A stretch of DNA of 55,196 bases, filler included, from Sluysia triapertura (Eukaryota), in assembly GCA_046118255.1 (NCBI GenBank). It is 4 parts of 4 records of this genome, joined end to end, with 100 filler letters (N's around TTAATTAATTAA, not from the genome) between each part and the next. Parts side by side here need not be neighbours in the genome. Positions count along the whole stretch, not along the records: positions 1 to 15,645 come from JBJNIA010223021.1; positions 15,746 to 30,563 come from JBJNIA010248313.1; 2 more parts are not named here. The stretch is one strand, 5' to 3'. This document shows, one piece after another, positions 11,588 through 24,979 of the stretch. Position numbers and translations under genes: made by a program. The notes under the pieces were generated by a model that was not told the origin of the DNA, did not search any database, and saw nothing but the letters and a program-made list of their open reading frames with translations. How positions within the stretch are numbered: the stretch's first letter is position 1; every line of letters starts with the position of its first letter.

Positions 11588-12026
11588 TTTTGATGAATTG
11601 AATTGAAAACTTTTATTTTACAACAAAAAAACAAGTACGTACATAATCAAATAATATGGTACAATAAATATAAATGGATCACATTTATATAAAAGTAGTT
11701 GGTGTAATAAGGCTGAATCTGATTGTTCATTTAAGAAATTGATATTCGTGCTGATGGTGATAAGGAAAATTTTAATAATTGTTGTTGAACTATGGAGCCA
11801 CAAGTACACTATTAAAAGTCAGAAAGAACAAAGAAAGATATTAAATCACAATCACACCAATGATGAATCACAGACATACAATTAAATGGGTGAAATAAAG
11901 AAATGAGAATATAAGAAAAAATACGGGAAATAAATAAATAAAAATAAAAGAATAAAAAGAAATAAAAACAATTGAATGCAAAATTAAAAGAAGAATGAAA
12001 TGAAAATGAAAATGTTAAAGAGTATA

Positions 12027-13600
12027 TCATGACTTCGATTTGATATTTGATTTTATTTGGTCCTCACAGTAAAAGAAGCTAGCGGAAATTCGGTATTTTC
12101 GGCGCAAATTGAGGATTGATTGTCGAATTTTGGTCCGCCATGTCAGAAGTCGTGAACGCTTATCAGGCTTACCGCCATTCACCCAAGATAGAGCATAAGA
12201 AATGTTGTCGACTTTATATAATCTATCATTGGCGAATCGAAGAATTTCATGCAAGGCAAGAGTACGAACAAGCTTTGTTATACCATTAAAAAGGCGGAAG
12301 GCGCAAATTATATTCTGGCACATATAGTCATCATAAGCAGATATCAGGCTTAAACTGTCGTGATTTTTGTGTCCAACAAAGAAAGAATTGTTTAAAGGGT
12401 TGTTTTTCAATCCTAGGAAGCCCTTGAGTAGATGGTTTATTTTTCGTCATATCCAACAGATTGTGCAAGGTTTTTTATATTGTCGTGCGTTAGAACTACT
12501 AAGGGTTTGGGTATTAATATTTAGATTGCGCAAGTGAAATTGAGGGCCAGAGTGAATAAAGTTGCTGAAACTTAAACTGGAGTCTTTGATTTTTTGGACT
12601 ATTGTTAGGTTCTTTCCAAGAAGGTCATTCAAGGCCCCCTAGATAAATCGCATTTTCACCATCTTTCATATTTACAACTGTGGTGCCATCAATGAAGACA
12701 GAAAGATTTGTCAAATCAAGGATATTGTGGAAATCTAATTACTAGGGCGAAAGATCAGATTGGCAGATTTAGCATGTCCTACGATGTAGTGTTTATGCGA
12801 AGTAGCAATAAGTGCAATATCATCTATATATGCAAAATAAGGGGAAAATGATATTCCACTAATTGAGATGTAATCTTCCGTGGAGGTGAACCTATGAAAT
12901 AAGTAATCAATAGCCAAACAGAAAATACTCAATGTTTTACACCATATCTAATTTGAACAGGATCAGTAGTGAGGTTATTCCATTTGCATCATGTACTACT
13001 ATCTTCATAAAGGTCCCTAAAAAGATTAAGTGTGTGTTGGTTCAGGCCCATGAGTAATAAAGTATGCCAGATCAGTTGGTGGGGGATAGAAAATAAAAAC
13101 AATGGTTTAGTCAAGGAATATAACATGGAGCTTAATCTTCCTAGCCTTTTGTTATTTAGGAAAATAATAATTTTCTATAGGGAAGGTAACAGGAAGTTAT
13201 CCTACGTGCAACCATCAGTCGTAGAAGCGCAGCCTGATGAGCACTGATAAGGTTGCCTGCATGTATTCAGGAGAGAAGACAGGCATTAGTAAAAATGCGA
13301 TATGTGGAATCAAGTATAACAATAGCCCTCCAAGATGAAATTTATTAGGTTTTATTATAAGAAGGGTGGTAAAGTTCTTCCAGGCCGGCGGTATTTTTTG
13401 GATAGAAATAATTTCATTAAAAAGGAGGAATAGAAATTTACCTGATGGATCAACCTTTTTAATATGTTTAAACGTGATTTGTTTGTGCCAGGAGCGGAAT
13501 TTTTACAGAATTTCAAAATAGCCAAGATTTCTTGGTTAGTGATTGGGTTGTTAGTGTATATATCCATAGAGGCAGTGTACCAAGTTGTGATGGGTCAAAA
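12027..13600 (-). pseudogene. Non-LTR reverse transcriptase and post-RT region (fragmented)
   Basis: PITNQEILAILKFCKNSAPGT (region 0), WK..T.LI.K, FCLAIDYL...FAYIDDIALIA (YxDD), typical of R2/NeSL-type RTs. Confidence 0.85.
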
Positions 13601-13854
13601 GGAGGAACAGTACCAGAACTGTAGTAATCGCAAATTTCAATAGCTGAAGGTGTAACTGGAGGACAGGAAATACCAGTTATTAATTGGAATGCCGTAGATT
13701 GAATTTGCTAGAAGATTTTATCCAGGTCATTTTTATTTCCTCGTTTGGTTTAGTGTGAGATTTTTTAAACTGACACAGGAATTGGGTGGACACAACCTAT
13801 GTATTAAATTACAGAATTTCGAAAAGACTTCATCGACAGAAAGGTCATCCTTAC

Positions 13855-14262
13855 TTATTTTATTGCAAAGGGACTCAAGAGAAGGATGTGGGTGTTTAGC
13901 TTTCGTGTCAGATGGAAGTTTAATAGAATGAGCAACAATATTATAAAGTATATCCCTTGTAGCATCGATATAGGTTGGAAAAACATTAGTACATCGGGAT
14001 TGTGCTTATATTGCAATTCAATGTCACAAATGAAGGGATTGAAATCATTAGGACCAATTTGAGTTGGATAGGGAATGACTTTATATACAAAATCTTGTTT
14101 AGTTGGGTGCACTTGTAGTGTAGTGTATGCGATCATAATTTTTTTCAGGAAGTGATATAAAATGGACATGTGACGTGGAGACGAGCGTAATGGGTCAATG
14201 ATGTAGTAGAAGTTAGAATCTCTATTGAAAATAAGAACAATCCAATGATTTTCAATATTCAA
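13855..14262 (-). pseudogene. Ulp1/SENP-like cysteine protease (peptidase C48) domain of the non-LTR element
   Basis: NHWIVLIF...FYYIIDPL...YPTQIGPND(FN<CG)PFIC matches the His-Asp-Gln-Cys motif order; catalytic Cys is mutated. Confidence 0.75.
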
Positions 14263-15579
14263 AATCCAGCTGAAATGCTCCCAACTTGAACATTACGGAG
14301 TTGGCCGTGATGGAATCAATTACTACTGAGTTAGCGCCAGAGACATATCCATCAAATAAAGTCATGATCGCGTTTAGGGAAAGTCACTCAGACCGGTGGG
14401 TGGAATCAAGGTCCTTAGTGTTGGAGTAAGAGTCAAGTTAAACCAAACTATTGAAAAGAAGGGATCAGGAGTACTTAACAATGACTTGATTTCCTTTAAA
14501 ATTATGCATCTTGAGTTGGTGACGCTTAAGGCTACTGCAATCATTACGGTTGGTTAACTCAGAGACGGTCGGAATAGGTACATCACCAATTCCACAGGAA
14601 GTATACCCAACAGTGGTAGGAGATGAGACTGTGTACAGGATCTGTGTATCTCCTTGTGGTATAAAGGTAGGACGGTGACTTTTTACCCGCACAACGAATG
14701 TGTCATGGTGTGTCATGATAAACTCTTCCCATGTCTTGATTGCTTCACATGTGCATTTTACTTTAAGATTACTCAAGGTGGTGGTGAACTGGTGTTTGGT
14801 AGTAAAATGCCTACGAACTTCCTTGAAATCAGAGCAGTTCTTAATAGTAATACCTTTCATATTGCAGTCAAGTACAGAGCACTAAATTTATCCTTTAGGA
14901 GAGATAATGATGTGAGCATTATCATTCAACTTATTGCAATAAGTTGAAGAAATGTACGTGGTACAATCACCAAGATCTGTACCATTTTCGAAAGCTGAGA
15001 GTTCGTGAGGAGTCGTGGAGATAGATTCATTGTGGAAAGTAGGAATTAAAATTTGTATCTTGAGAAAATTATGTATAGAGACGATTTGAAATTTCATTAT
15101 CATATTTGGTTTTGTAATATAAAAGTTGACTTCGTTTGTAATGCGAGATTTTATGGTGTTAATTATGAGAAAAGATGTTGGTGTGGTGTAACTAAAATTT
15201 TCTTTGTGTTATATACGAAAATAGAAGGCATTGTATTAATTTTATTTCTTTGAAGATCTATTCAAAACTATTCACAAAATAAATGAAATAAGCACCAAAT
15301 TAATATATTAGTACAGGCCTAACAAAGTGCCATTTAGTATAATGATATAATATAAATATAAATTTATTACAAAAATTAGATCTTTGTAAAATGATTATTT
15401 CTAACAAATGTGTTAAATTATTTTCAAAACCAGATTCTGCATACTACTGCTGTTTTAACAAAACGTTGTTTTTGAGCTTAATAGCGCTTATTTATATATG
15501 AAATATTATTGGGCCATTTTACCACGCTTTGTTACAAAATTAACTGACTTAATTTTAAATTTAGATAACGTTAAATTTA

Positions 15580-15588
15580 TTATTATTA

Positions 15589-15640
<52 letters not shown>

Positions 15641-15645
15641 GTTAT
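15580..15645. repeat. (TTA)n microsatellite abutting a gap
   Basis: Direct observation. Similar (TTA/AAT)n tracts at 3381-3425, 16753-16803, 34398-34431, 34834-34866 and 48121-48193; (AT)n at 46738-46772. Confidence 0.95.
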
Positions 15646-15745
15646 NNNNNNNNNNNNNNNNNNNNNNNNNNNNNNNNNNNNNNNNNNNNTTAATTAATTA
15701 ANNNNNNNNNNNNNNNNNNNNNNNNNNNNNNNNNNNNNNNNNNNN
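15646..15745. other. Artificial scaffold linker N44-TTAATTAATTAA-N44
   Basis: Exactly 100 bp with a six-frame-stop palindrome in the centre; identical layout at 30564-30663 and 44051-44150. Confidence 0.95.
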
Positions 15746-15824
15746 AATTTAATTAATCCAGCTTGATCATCGTCAAAATAACGGATGAATATTCGTGTAC
15801 CTATCCTGGTATTGTTTGTAAACA

Positions 15825-15872
15825 CACTGGCCGCATGATTTGCCTCCGCGGGCCGCCACTTTGACACCACTG
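15825..15872. mobile_element. Terminus of a hAT-like DNA transposon/MITE
   Basis: GGCCGCATG...CCGCGGGCCGCCACTTTGACACCACTG, whose reverse complement is CAGTGGTGTCAAAGTGGCGGCCCGCGG, a typical hAT (Charlie-like) TIR/subterminal pattern. The other end would lie in the gap. Confidence 0.55.
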
Positions 15873-16751
15873 CTTTAAATTTTTTAACATATTTTATGAC
15901 ATTTTATTATAAATTATTGTTTTCAATATTTTCCAAATTAATTTAAATATTTGTAATATTTAAATAACGATTTGTAAACTTACTTATTATTTCAATGGAA
16001 TGATAACTTCATAATAAAATATATAAAATATATAATTAAGATTTATTTTAAATTAATTATAAATTTAATTTAAAATCAATTTAAATATGAAAGAGAATTA
16101 TTTTTCATTTTATCTTCTGAATGCTTAATTTATTCAAATTATTTTAAAACTAATTTTAGTTTCTAAAATTTGAACACAGAAAAGTATTATTAATATTATC
16201 AAAATTGCTTTTAATAAGGAATTATTTTAAATTATTTATTATTTGATTATGATTTAAATAATTTTACTAATTTATTTTGTACAATGTTAACTTTTACTAT
16301 AAAATAATTATAATAATTTGTTTGGGATTAACGTTAATAAAATATTATTTTTTACAGTTTTGTTTTGGATGAATTTCGTCTATCAAATGTTTATTTATTA
16401 TTTATAACATTTTATTATTTTAATAGATTTAAAAACTGTAAAAATTATAAGTTTAATTATTTGTGCTGTTTCTGAATTGCTATTAAAATGTCTCGTTACC
16501 TCTTATATGAGTTATTTCATATACCAAAAGCTTAATGTCACATTATGAATTTTCTCGAACCATGTTTTTGAATATTTCTTTTTCTTTCTCTCTGTTTTTA
16601 TTTTGAAAATTTTTAGGATGGTCTACAAGTCATTTTATTTTTGAGATTCTGAGCTTTAATTATTATTATAATTATTATTAATGTAATTATTAGTATTATT
16701 AAGAATTTATTATTCTTATAATCAATAAGAATTTCTTGTTATTATTAGTAC

Positions 16752-16803
<52 letters not shown>

Positions 16804-18289
16804 TTTACTAATTAACAAGTGTGTAAAGTTTACATATCCATAAATTGTATTTTTATGCTTATTTTAAGAATTTAAAACTATCAATATAATAAAATAAATT
16901 TTTCGTTTTTAACTAATTAAAATTTAAAATTTAACGCAAGGTTTTTAATAAATTAATTTTCCATGAATTTTTCATAAAGTTTTGTCTTCGTGTAACCTAT
17001 TAGTAAAACCCATTCATGAGAATTATATTTTCTTAAATAATGCTTATGGCACACATTTATTTAATTTTTTATTTTTCGAGTTGTTAATTAGAAACATTAA
17101 AAACCATGATGGAATGTTATTTATTAATTGTGATATCTATGCATTATTTTATTATAGTTAATACAAATTAATTATGGTTAATAGTTCATTAATTTTTAAA
17201 TAAAATAATAAATTTCATTAAATTATTTTATTAGTTTAAATTTTAATTGAAAAATTTTGTTTTACTTAATTTTGTAAACTAAACTGCCTTTAGATAAATA
17301 ATATAAATAAAACAGTTTCATTATTTTATAAGTATAAATTAGTACATATTTGATAATGCAAATAAAATTTGACCTGACATTTATATTGTAAGGAAAGAAA
17401 ATCTAGAATTATTGAATGAAATCAAGAGGAATAATTGGGTTTACTTTTAAATTATACATAACACACCAAATATTATAATCTAAATCAGATGTATGCATTA
17501 TTGTTTGTATGCTTTTATAGTCGTTTCTCTTGCACATATATTGATTTATAAATATTCAAGTTTGTCTTTAACAGTTGTTTGACATATATCATAAAATTGA
17601 TAATAAAACATTATATGTATGTTTGTTTGTTTCATACTTAGAATGAATTTTACGCGTATTATTTTATATAAACTGTTTCAACTAATACATCTTTATTCAT
17701 GTATTAGTTCATAGTTCACTGATTAAACTTTTATATCTCATTCCAAAATAGGGTATGTATAATATAAAAGAAAATCAATTAATTGTTCTACAAATTTTTG
17801 CAGTTTTTTAAACATGTGAAATTATCGTATTAATATAGAATTAATAAAAGCATTGTTAAAATGAAGTGTTTATTTACAACCGTTTACTAAGAATTAAATA
17901 AAATTAAACATTAATTAAATTAATTGTTTAACGTATATACCGTTTTTTTTCGTTAGCAAAAAAATGACGTAAAACTGCTTAAAGCTAGAAAAAATTAAAA
18001 ATAAAACAAAAATTTAAAGGAACAAAGAAATAACATTTTCGTGACGTTTTGTTTAACTAAGAATGATTAACTAAGTTAAGTTTTAATATAAACAATTTAT
18101 TATTACTATCAAAATAATAATTATTGCAGCGTTATCAAAAAGAAATTTTAATATTAATTTTTTGATAAAACGGTCTAAGTATCGGTATTTATTCGAAATC
18201 ATTTTAAAATCTTTTTTGATTAAAATATAATAATATAATATAATTATAAAAATATAAAATATAAAAATATAAAACATGATTCATCGAGA

Positions 18290-19030
18290 AAAAACCGCTT
18301 TAGTGAGAGCTTCCGTTGATTGTGGTGAAAACTCCAGATTGAAATTGTGGCTCCATTTGGAATGGTGTATTCTTTGAACATTAGCTGCTTGCACAAAGGT
18401 CGTGCTGCATGGGTGAGAGAGTGCGGGGTTTTAACATTTTCTGAAGTGAAACTCTAAGGTTACATTGTTATGCACAATAAGTGCTTTTAATCTTTTAATT
18501 GTGGAATCTTTATTGGTTTTCCTATTGAATAGAGCATTGAATTTGACAAAGTATTTTGTTCTATGGGTTTTGAATGTTTCTGAAAAGACTTTGGTCCGAT
18601 ATCAGGTTTTATAAAGCTATTATTGTTAGACTTTTGACTTTTGTAGTTTCTTGTTATGATGATTGACTTCAGTATTTTTGTTTAAGAAATATTTGTCCAG
18701 AGTTAATGACTTGGAATGGGTTTGTCGGCTTTTCTGATTGTTCTTATTTGAGCTGGATTTGTTTTCTGTTGGTTTTAATTGGTAGTTTTGTTGTCATATG
18801 TAACTGAGAATTTTTTGACGATTTATCATCTTTGTTTTAACTTCATTGAGTTCTTTATTAAATGTGGACTTTATGGCACATTTGTCATGGATTCTGGCCC
18901 TAAACGTTTGCGCAAAATAGTTAGAAATTTGTTCCGTTTTTAGTCAAAAGTTTTAATATTTTTTGGGTAAATATTTTGGAATATAAAGTTTTTTTGGAAC
19001 CCGTTATTGCTTTGTTGTACATAGGTTTTG
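18290..19030 (-). pseudogene. Possible LINE ORF1 remnant with PHD-like Cys/His clusters
   Basis: GC-richer, A-skewed minus strand with broken C..C..FH..C and YCANC-like motifs. Heavily frameshifted. Confidence 0.25.
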
Positions 19031-19567
19031 TGGTGGCCAACCTTTAATTTAAGATTCAAATTAATTTTTTCGCAATATCACATGTTTTAACATTTTTACA
19101 TTTTTTACCTATTCATATCTATTAGAACATTTAAATACACAATCTTTCAACATCCAAACCATATTTACATTCAAAACCATGAATGTTCATTTAAAAATTC
19201 ATTAAAAAAAATTTTATTCATTATCCCACAACATTAGAACCACAATTATACTTCAGATCATCAAATATCTACTTCAAAATTAACCCAAAACATTTCAAAT
19301 TCACAATCTTTTAATACATAATCTTTTATATAATCGAAAAACATTAAACTCATAAAATGATAAAAAGAGTACATTGAAGATTAAAAATAGAAGCTTTAAA
19401 AAATAATTATTGTAAAAAATTCAGTACAAGCGTTACTTCACTTTATAGACTCAGAACTTATCAATAAGTATTAAAAGGTTAAAAATTTGAAACGAAAAAA
19501 GAAATTCTTTATATTATAAAACTAAAGTGAAATCCTAATTTAATTATTAGACATTAACTTTTCGAAA

Positions 19568-20400
19568 TGACTGATAAACATTACATGATGGAATGAATTA
19601 TGGATGAATTAGGTGTTACAAACGAATATCAAAGTTTGATAATAATTTTCAATGACGCCAATTTTGCATTTAATGAACGATTTAGTTTTCGATTACAAAC
19701 TATACTAACATAAATGATGTATTTTAAAAGATCTCGTATAATGTATTTTTTAAAGTTTACTTATTCTTGGCTATTAGTGCCGACAACATTAATCTTGATG
19801 TCAAAATTGATGAATTTAGTATACTTTCCCAAGAGACTTTTACGCAAATTTGCAACAATGTTAATAGACAAGTTGGATACATTCCTACACAAGACATTGG
19901 TCAATCCACATTAGATCGAGGATTCACTATTATCGACATTATTTCATTAGATGAACAAGGTAATTATGATAACCAAGAAAGATCTATATTGATTATTGTT
20001 GAAAATTTTACAAGAAAATCAAGCAGCGTCGTCAATAAAATTATTTCCACAAATAACTCTACAATTTTTCATAAAATATTAAAAACGAATCTTTAGAAAA
20101 TTATTGCTTCATTTTGCTGAAGAAAATATAAACGTATTTGGAAATATTAGTATTATGCATCCTTCAGCAAATATTCCCCACCATATCGATAAAATCAATT
20201 CTGCAGAAAACCACAACGAGTTCAAATCATAACAATGTCCATTCAAAACTGACAAGTCAGGGAATTCTATCAAATTTGGATTCTCATGCAAGTTTTTCCA
20301 TTTTATCGATCAAATTAGTCACGTTGGCAATAATATACCAGTCTTACACGAACATGTCCAAAGTATTCAAGGTCTAGTAAAACCATTCTAAAATTCAGCA
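19568..20400 (+). pseudogene. Degraded intronless ORF of unknown function with CCCH-finger-like motif
   Basis: Overlapping ORF fragments 19714-20377; CPFKTDKSGNSIKFGFSCKFFH near 20236-20302 resembles a degenerate C-x8-C-x5-C-x3-H. Confidence 0.3.
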
Positions 20401-20799
20401 AAACCAGTTTTCCAACACATAAAGAGAACCTTAAGAAACATAATGAAGAGACTCAATTAATTATGTATTCAAATAACAACAATTCCAAAGTAATATTAAT
20501 TTTTGATAATCAGTTCTTGTTTAATGTTTATTTTTTGTGTAACCCTACGCACCTACAATCAATGAAACAGGCAGTGTGTCCCCAGAGAAGCATTCTGAAT
20601 AATATTCGCAATTATAATTTAGTTCATAAGTGTTTCATTTTTATATTTGACTATAATAAATATATTTCTATATTTCTATATTCTTATCTTATAATTTTAA
20701 ATTCAAGTAAACATGTTGATATTAAAATTAAACTAAAGAAGTTTGATAATCTAGTGTTTAATCTCAGTACTAAAAATAACGTTAATTTAATCAAACCAT

Positions 20800-21680
20800 T
20801 CAACCCACCACAGGTTTGACGTTCCCCCATAACGAAAGTATAGATCTTGTGATGTTAAATCAGTTACCCAATATTTTATTAACCTTGCGTAAAGGTGAGG
20901 TCTATTCGCAAATTTTGTTATTCGTAAATTTTTCTTTATTTTTGAAAGAATTGGTTACGAAACAAATGAATTAATAGGGTTTAAATTTTTAAGCGTTGCT
21001 GCTGGTCTTTGTAAATGATGAAGAATGCAGTTTGTTGTCAGTTTTCTGATTTTTTATCGCCGAAATAATTTGTTGCATATTTTCTGCCATTTCTTGTATC
21101 ATTTTATCGACGTTTCGAGTTTTTATTATTGTGCTAATGTATAATCTGATGGTTTTCTCACGTTTTTTCATATGATTGGCTTGAGTTTATGTGTTAATTT
21201 TAAAGTATAATTTGACTATTGCAGATATAGTTCGAAAATGTCACGAAAATATGTTTGTAATATTTTTTGTTTAGTTTCTGTAAAGAATGATGTGTTGTAT
21301 ATTCGAGTGAAGTGCCAATTTAACACGTTTTTTGTCTGAAGATAAAGATTTGTAGATTAGAAAACGTATATCTATATTTTTAGTTTGTGTTGTGCGAACA
21401 TTAGTGATATTGTTAAAAGAATTTGGTTTTTTTAGTTGTCGCATATCAGTTTATATCATTTCTCATTTTTATTCATTGTGTTTTCTGGGATCTGTGATGA
21501 GTTATTGTTGTCTTTTTGTCTTTTTATTAATTTCATTGTGTTTGAATATTGCAAGAGTTAATGTTTGCGCATGATAAGTTTTGCGTGATTTATGCACAAG
21601 AGATGTGTTGTTGGGATATTCCATTTATCGACTTGAAGTGCTAATAGAACTGATAATGTACACATTGGGTAATAGCAGCA
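20800..21680 (-). pseudogene. Possible CR1/L2-type ORF1 remnant (PHD-like finger + coiled coil)
   Basis: Minus strand fragments PMCT..ALQ.DK...QHISCA..SCNI, then coiled-coil-like VDKMIQEMAENMQQIISAIKNQ and a DLT motif. Confidence 0.3.
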
Positions 21681-24600
21681 ATGACGATGATAATAGTAAT
21701 AACAATAGTAATAATAGTATTAAAATGTTATAATTTGATTAACTATGGAATATGAATTAAAATTGTCGTTAAGAATTGTAATGAACTCCAGGTAAACTCA
21801 TAAAAATCAACATATCTTACATAAACAAATTGTTAAACAAACTATAACATTTCAAACCACTACTAAATGCATACGAAATATAAGCACAGTTATAATAATT
21901 TCATAATCGCTCAAATTTTGTCAATTATTATTGTTGCAAGATTTGGATTGTTGTTCATTTTTTGTTTGTCTGAGTATCTTTATGTATATATCTTTTTATT
22001 GTTACTTATATTTTATTAGTATTACTATTATTATTTCTACTATTGCCACATACACTTGCTTCATTATATTACGTTAAAATAGACAGTATTTCTTAAATAG
22101 AAAAAAATTATCTCTCTTTTGAATTCTATCCTTGCTTTTACAGGAAATCAATATAATTTTTTTATGATAAATTTTTACGAGATCTACTTCTCACTTTGAG
22201 AATTAGTCTTGTTGCTTCTTTAATTATTAATTGTAATTTTTCTTTACTCTTCTACATGTTATTGGTTATCAATGAATGAATAAGAAGTTCAGCTGTTTCT
22301 TTTTTAATAAGTTTTCGAATATTTGATATTTTCTTTAATTGATATTTAAACTTAAACATTATAATTAATTTTATTTTATATTTTATTACTGCATGGAACT
22401 ATTTAAAAAATAATCAATAAGTTACAAAATTGTAATTGTAAAATTAAATTTATAAAGTTAAAAATATACAATGAAGTTGATGCGAATAGGCAGGATTTAA
22501 CAATATCTCTCATTCGATCAAATGTTTTTCCTTTTTCACCAGCATTAGCTATGTGATAGGTTTACAGCATATCAATTTTCTACATCGTCAGGTTCATTTT
22601 TTCTATCTAATTTTAATTTGAGTTAGGAATTACTTAAAATGGATGTAGATCCTAAATAGGATACATAAGTTTTTGTATAAGTTTTATGATTTTTGGACTA
22701 ATTTATTTAACCATCTCAAAATACTTATTGTGATGTTTATATGTATTTTTATTTTAATTTTAGTCAAAATGTTGGCTTTATGCAGAAGTGAAAATTTTGT
22801 ACATTTTTGAGCTGTAATACTATTTATAGTAACCGTAGTAGCAGTAATTGAAATTAATACCATTAATGATTAATATTTGACATTATATTTAAGTGAATCA
22901 ATTGCTGAGGTAACGAAATAATTTAAAGTGAAGGATTGTACAATACGTAAATCACATTAACAAAAAGTAAGTAAAATAGTAAACCAACACTTAGTGATAG
23001 TATATTGGTTTTAATGGCTATTTTTAAATGTGGTTTAAATACTTACGAAGAAATTTATCTTGGAAATAAAACTTTACAACAATTGTTTTTATTGAAAGTA
23101 ATGTTTGAAAGTAGTTTATAAACAATTTTGGTTCTTGAAGTATTAGCGTTTTTTTGTTTTTGTACTGCATGGTTACATATTTTCATATTTATTATATGGA
23201 TAAAAGCATTAGGAAAGGATTCAAAAATTTCGTCAAATATATGGAATATAATTTAAATATGATTCAAATTTCATCCATGCTAAATATTTTAGATATTTTA
23301 AAGTCAACGCTACGTAACTTATAATATGTCAACACCGTGGATGATGATTATATCTCAATTAATTGGTTGTACTTTTTTATTGTTATTTATTGTTTTAACA
23401 AGAAGTGCATTAATACTATGTCATAACAATCAACATACGTCCTTACTGAAGAATTATTTCTAAATGTATGCTTTTGTTTTATTTTGTTTAATATAAAATT
23501 TCGCGTTTTAAATTTAATTGAATTATTCATAATAATGCATTTTGTTTCGTTAAAAGCCTTAAGCCAAAATTAAATGTTTTAATGTAAAAAAAGGATAATT
23601 ACAATTTTTCATGTATTTAATTTTTAATTTAAACCATACACCTACAAATTATGTAAAACTCACGAAAAGAATATTTTGAAATATATGATATTTTAAATGA
23701 ATTTATTTTAAAATATTTTCGATGATTTTATGTGATTTGAGATGATATAGTACGCTGTTGTTATGTGGCTAAGTGGTAATTATGTTGATATATTGTCAAT
23801 GACTTCAATTGCATAACTTTGTCAAAGATGATTGATCAAATGGTGTTGGTGTTATCTTAAACAATATTAGTCTAGTGTAACTGTATGTATCATATCGAGG
23901 AAATAAACTTAATCGATTTTGTTGATTTTACTTTATTCCTAATTAGTAAGCATTTTAACTGCGAGTTGTCATAATTTAATTCTTCAAAAAATTGTATGAT
24001 AGGCACGAATGTTGTGACAATTTACATTGCTTTGTCACTTGATTTCATTATGAATTAATTAAAACGGGTTTAGTTTACCACTAAAGTAAAAAATATCAAT
24101 AAAAATTAAATCGATTAAAAAGGCGACTAAAATTATATGCTTACTAAAGTTTATGATTGCACATCTTCTATCTATCTTGGTGATGTGTTAATCATTGTGA
24201 GTATATACAGAATCTTTTGTTAAATATATTTGTTAACTTTAATGGGACTAGACATACTGAATCCAGAGTACTATTATTTATCAGTATGATAAGCTCGAAC
24301 GTTATTATACGGCACTGAAATTGGTAATAGCAAAACTTTTTCGCTAACTGTTAATCTATTTCTTTTTGCTAATATTTTTAGATCAAAATAAAATACAGTG
24401 CATTGCCATCTTGCCATCATTACGAACATAATTGTAGACTAACGCTAATATTATCCATTTGTGATTATATTATTAAAGTTCAATAATTTTGTAATTTATC
24501 GAGTTGATATTTAATTTAAACTCAATCACTAATTGCAAATGGGTTCTGAAAAAATTGAATTACTAATACCAATAACTTTAATTTGTCCGGCGGTGAAAAA

Positions 24601-24979
24601 GAATGAACATGGAATTAAGAAATATGGACTAGAATATGAACGGGGTTATTTGGATATGGAACAAACATATGGACATTCAGACCTTCAACTTTTGGAATCA
24701 TTAATTTTAAATGAATATACTCAATTTTTTTCGCGAATTGCCTAAGAACTATTACTACAAAAATTTCCCCAGTGATTATATTATCAAAACTTACAGTTAA
24801 AAGCAATATTAAAGTTTTGTAATATTGTAATTATTAATGCAATTGTTGGTATAAATATATATTTTTGTTATGCTAAAAGAAAAGAGAAATTTGTTTCAAT
24901 ATTCAGAAATATTAAAAAGTTAAATAAAAATTTAGTTCATTTTTAATTTGTTCATTTGCAAATATTAATTTAAAAAGTT

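Larger units (their letters stand above)
11588..15300 (-). mobile_element. Decayed NeSL/LIN-type (R2 superfamily) non-LTR retrotransposon with Ulp1-like protease; 5' end approximate
   Basis: Order on minus: N-terminal H/C-rich zinc-finger-like motifs (FKEVRRHFTTKH, LKRHQLKMH), Ulp1/C48 protease, non-LTR RT, post-RT region, T-rich 3' UTR with AATAAA ending TTCAATTCAATTCATCAAAA. RLE endonuclease not visible (probably deleted). Confidence 0.8.

Noticed and set aside
14654-14947. Plus-strand ORFs overlapping the non-LTR element, and other short antisense ORFs (3612, 36353, 36784, 38088, 39072, 42036, 50856)
   Set aside because: Shadow ORFs opposite recognised coding or TE sequence, with no independent motifs.
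15690-15701. TTAATTAATTAA palindrome as a biological site
   Set aside because: Always centred in exactly 44+44 Ns, so it is an assembly linker; ORFs spanning Ns (15498, 26643, 46461, 46468) are artefacts.
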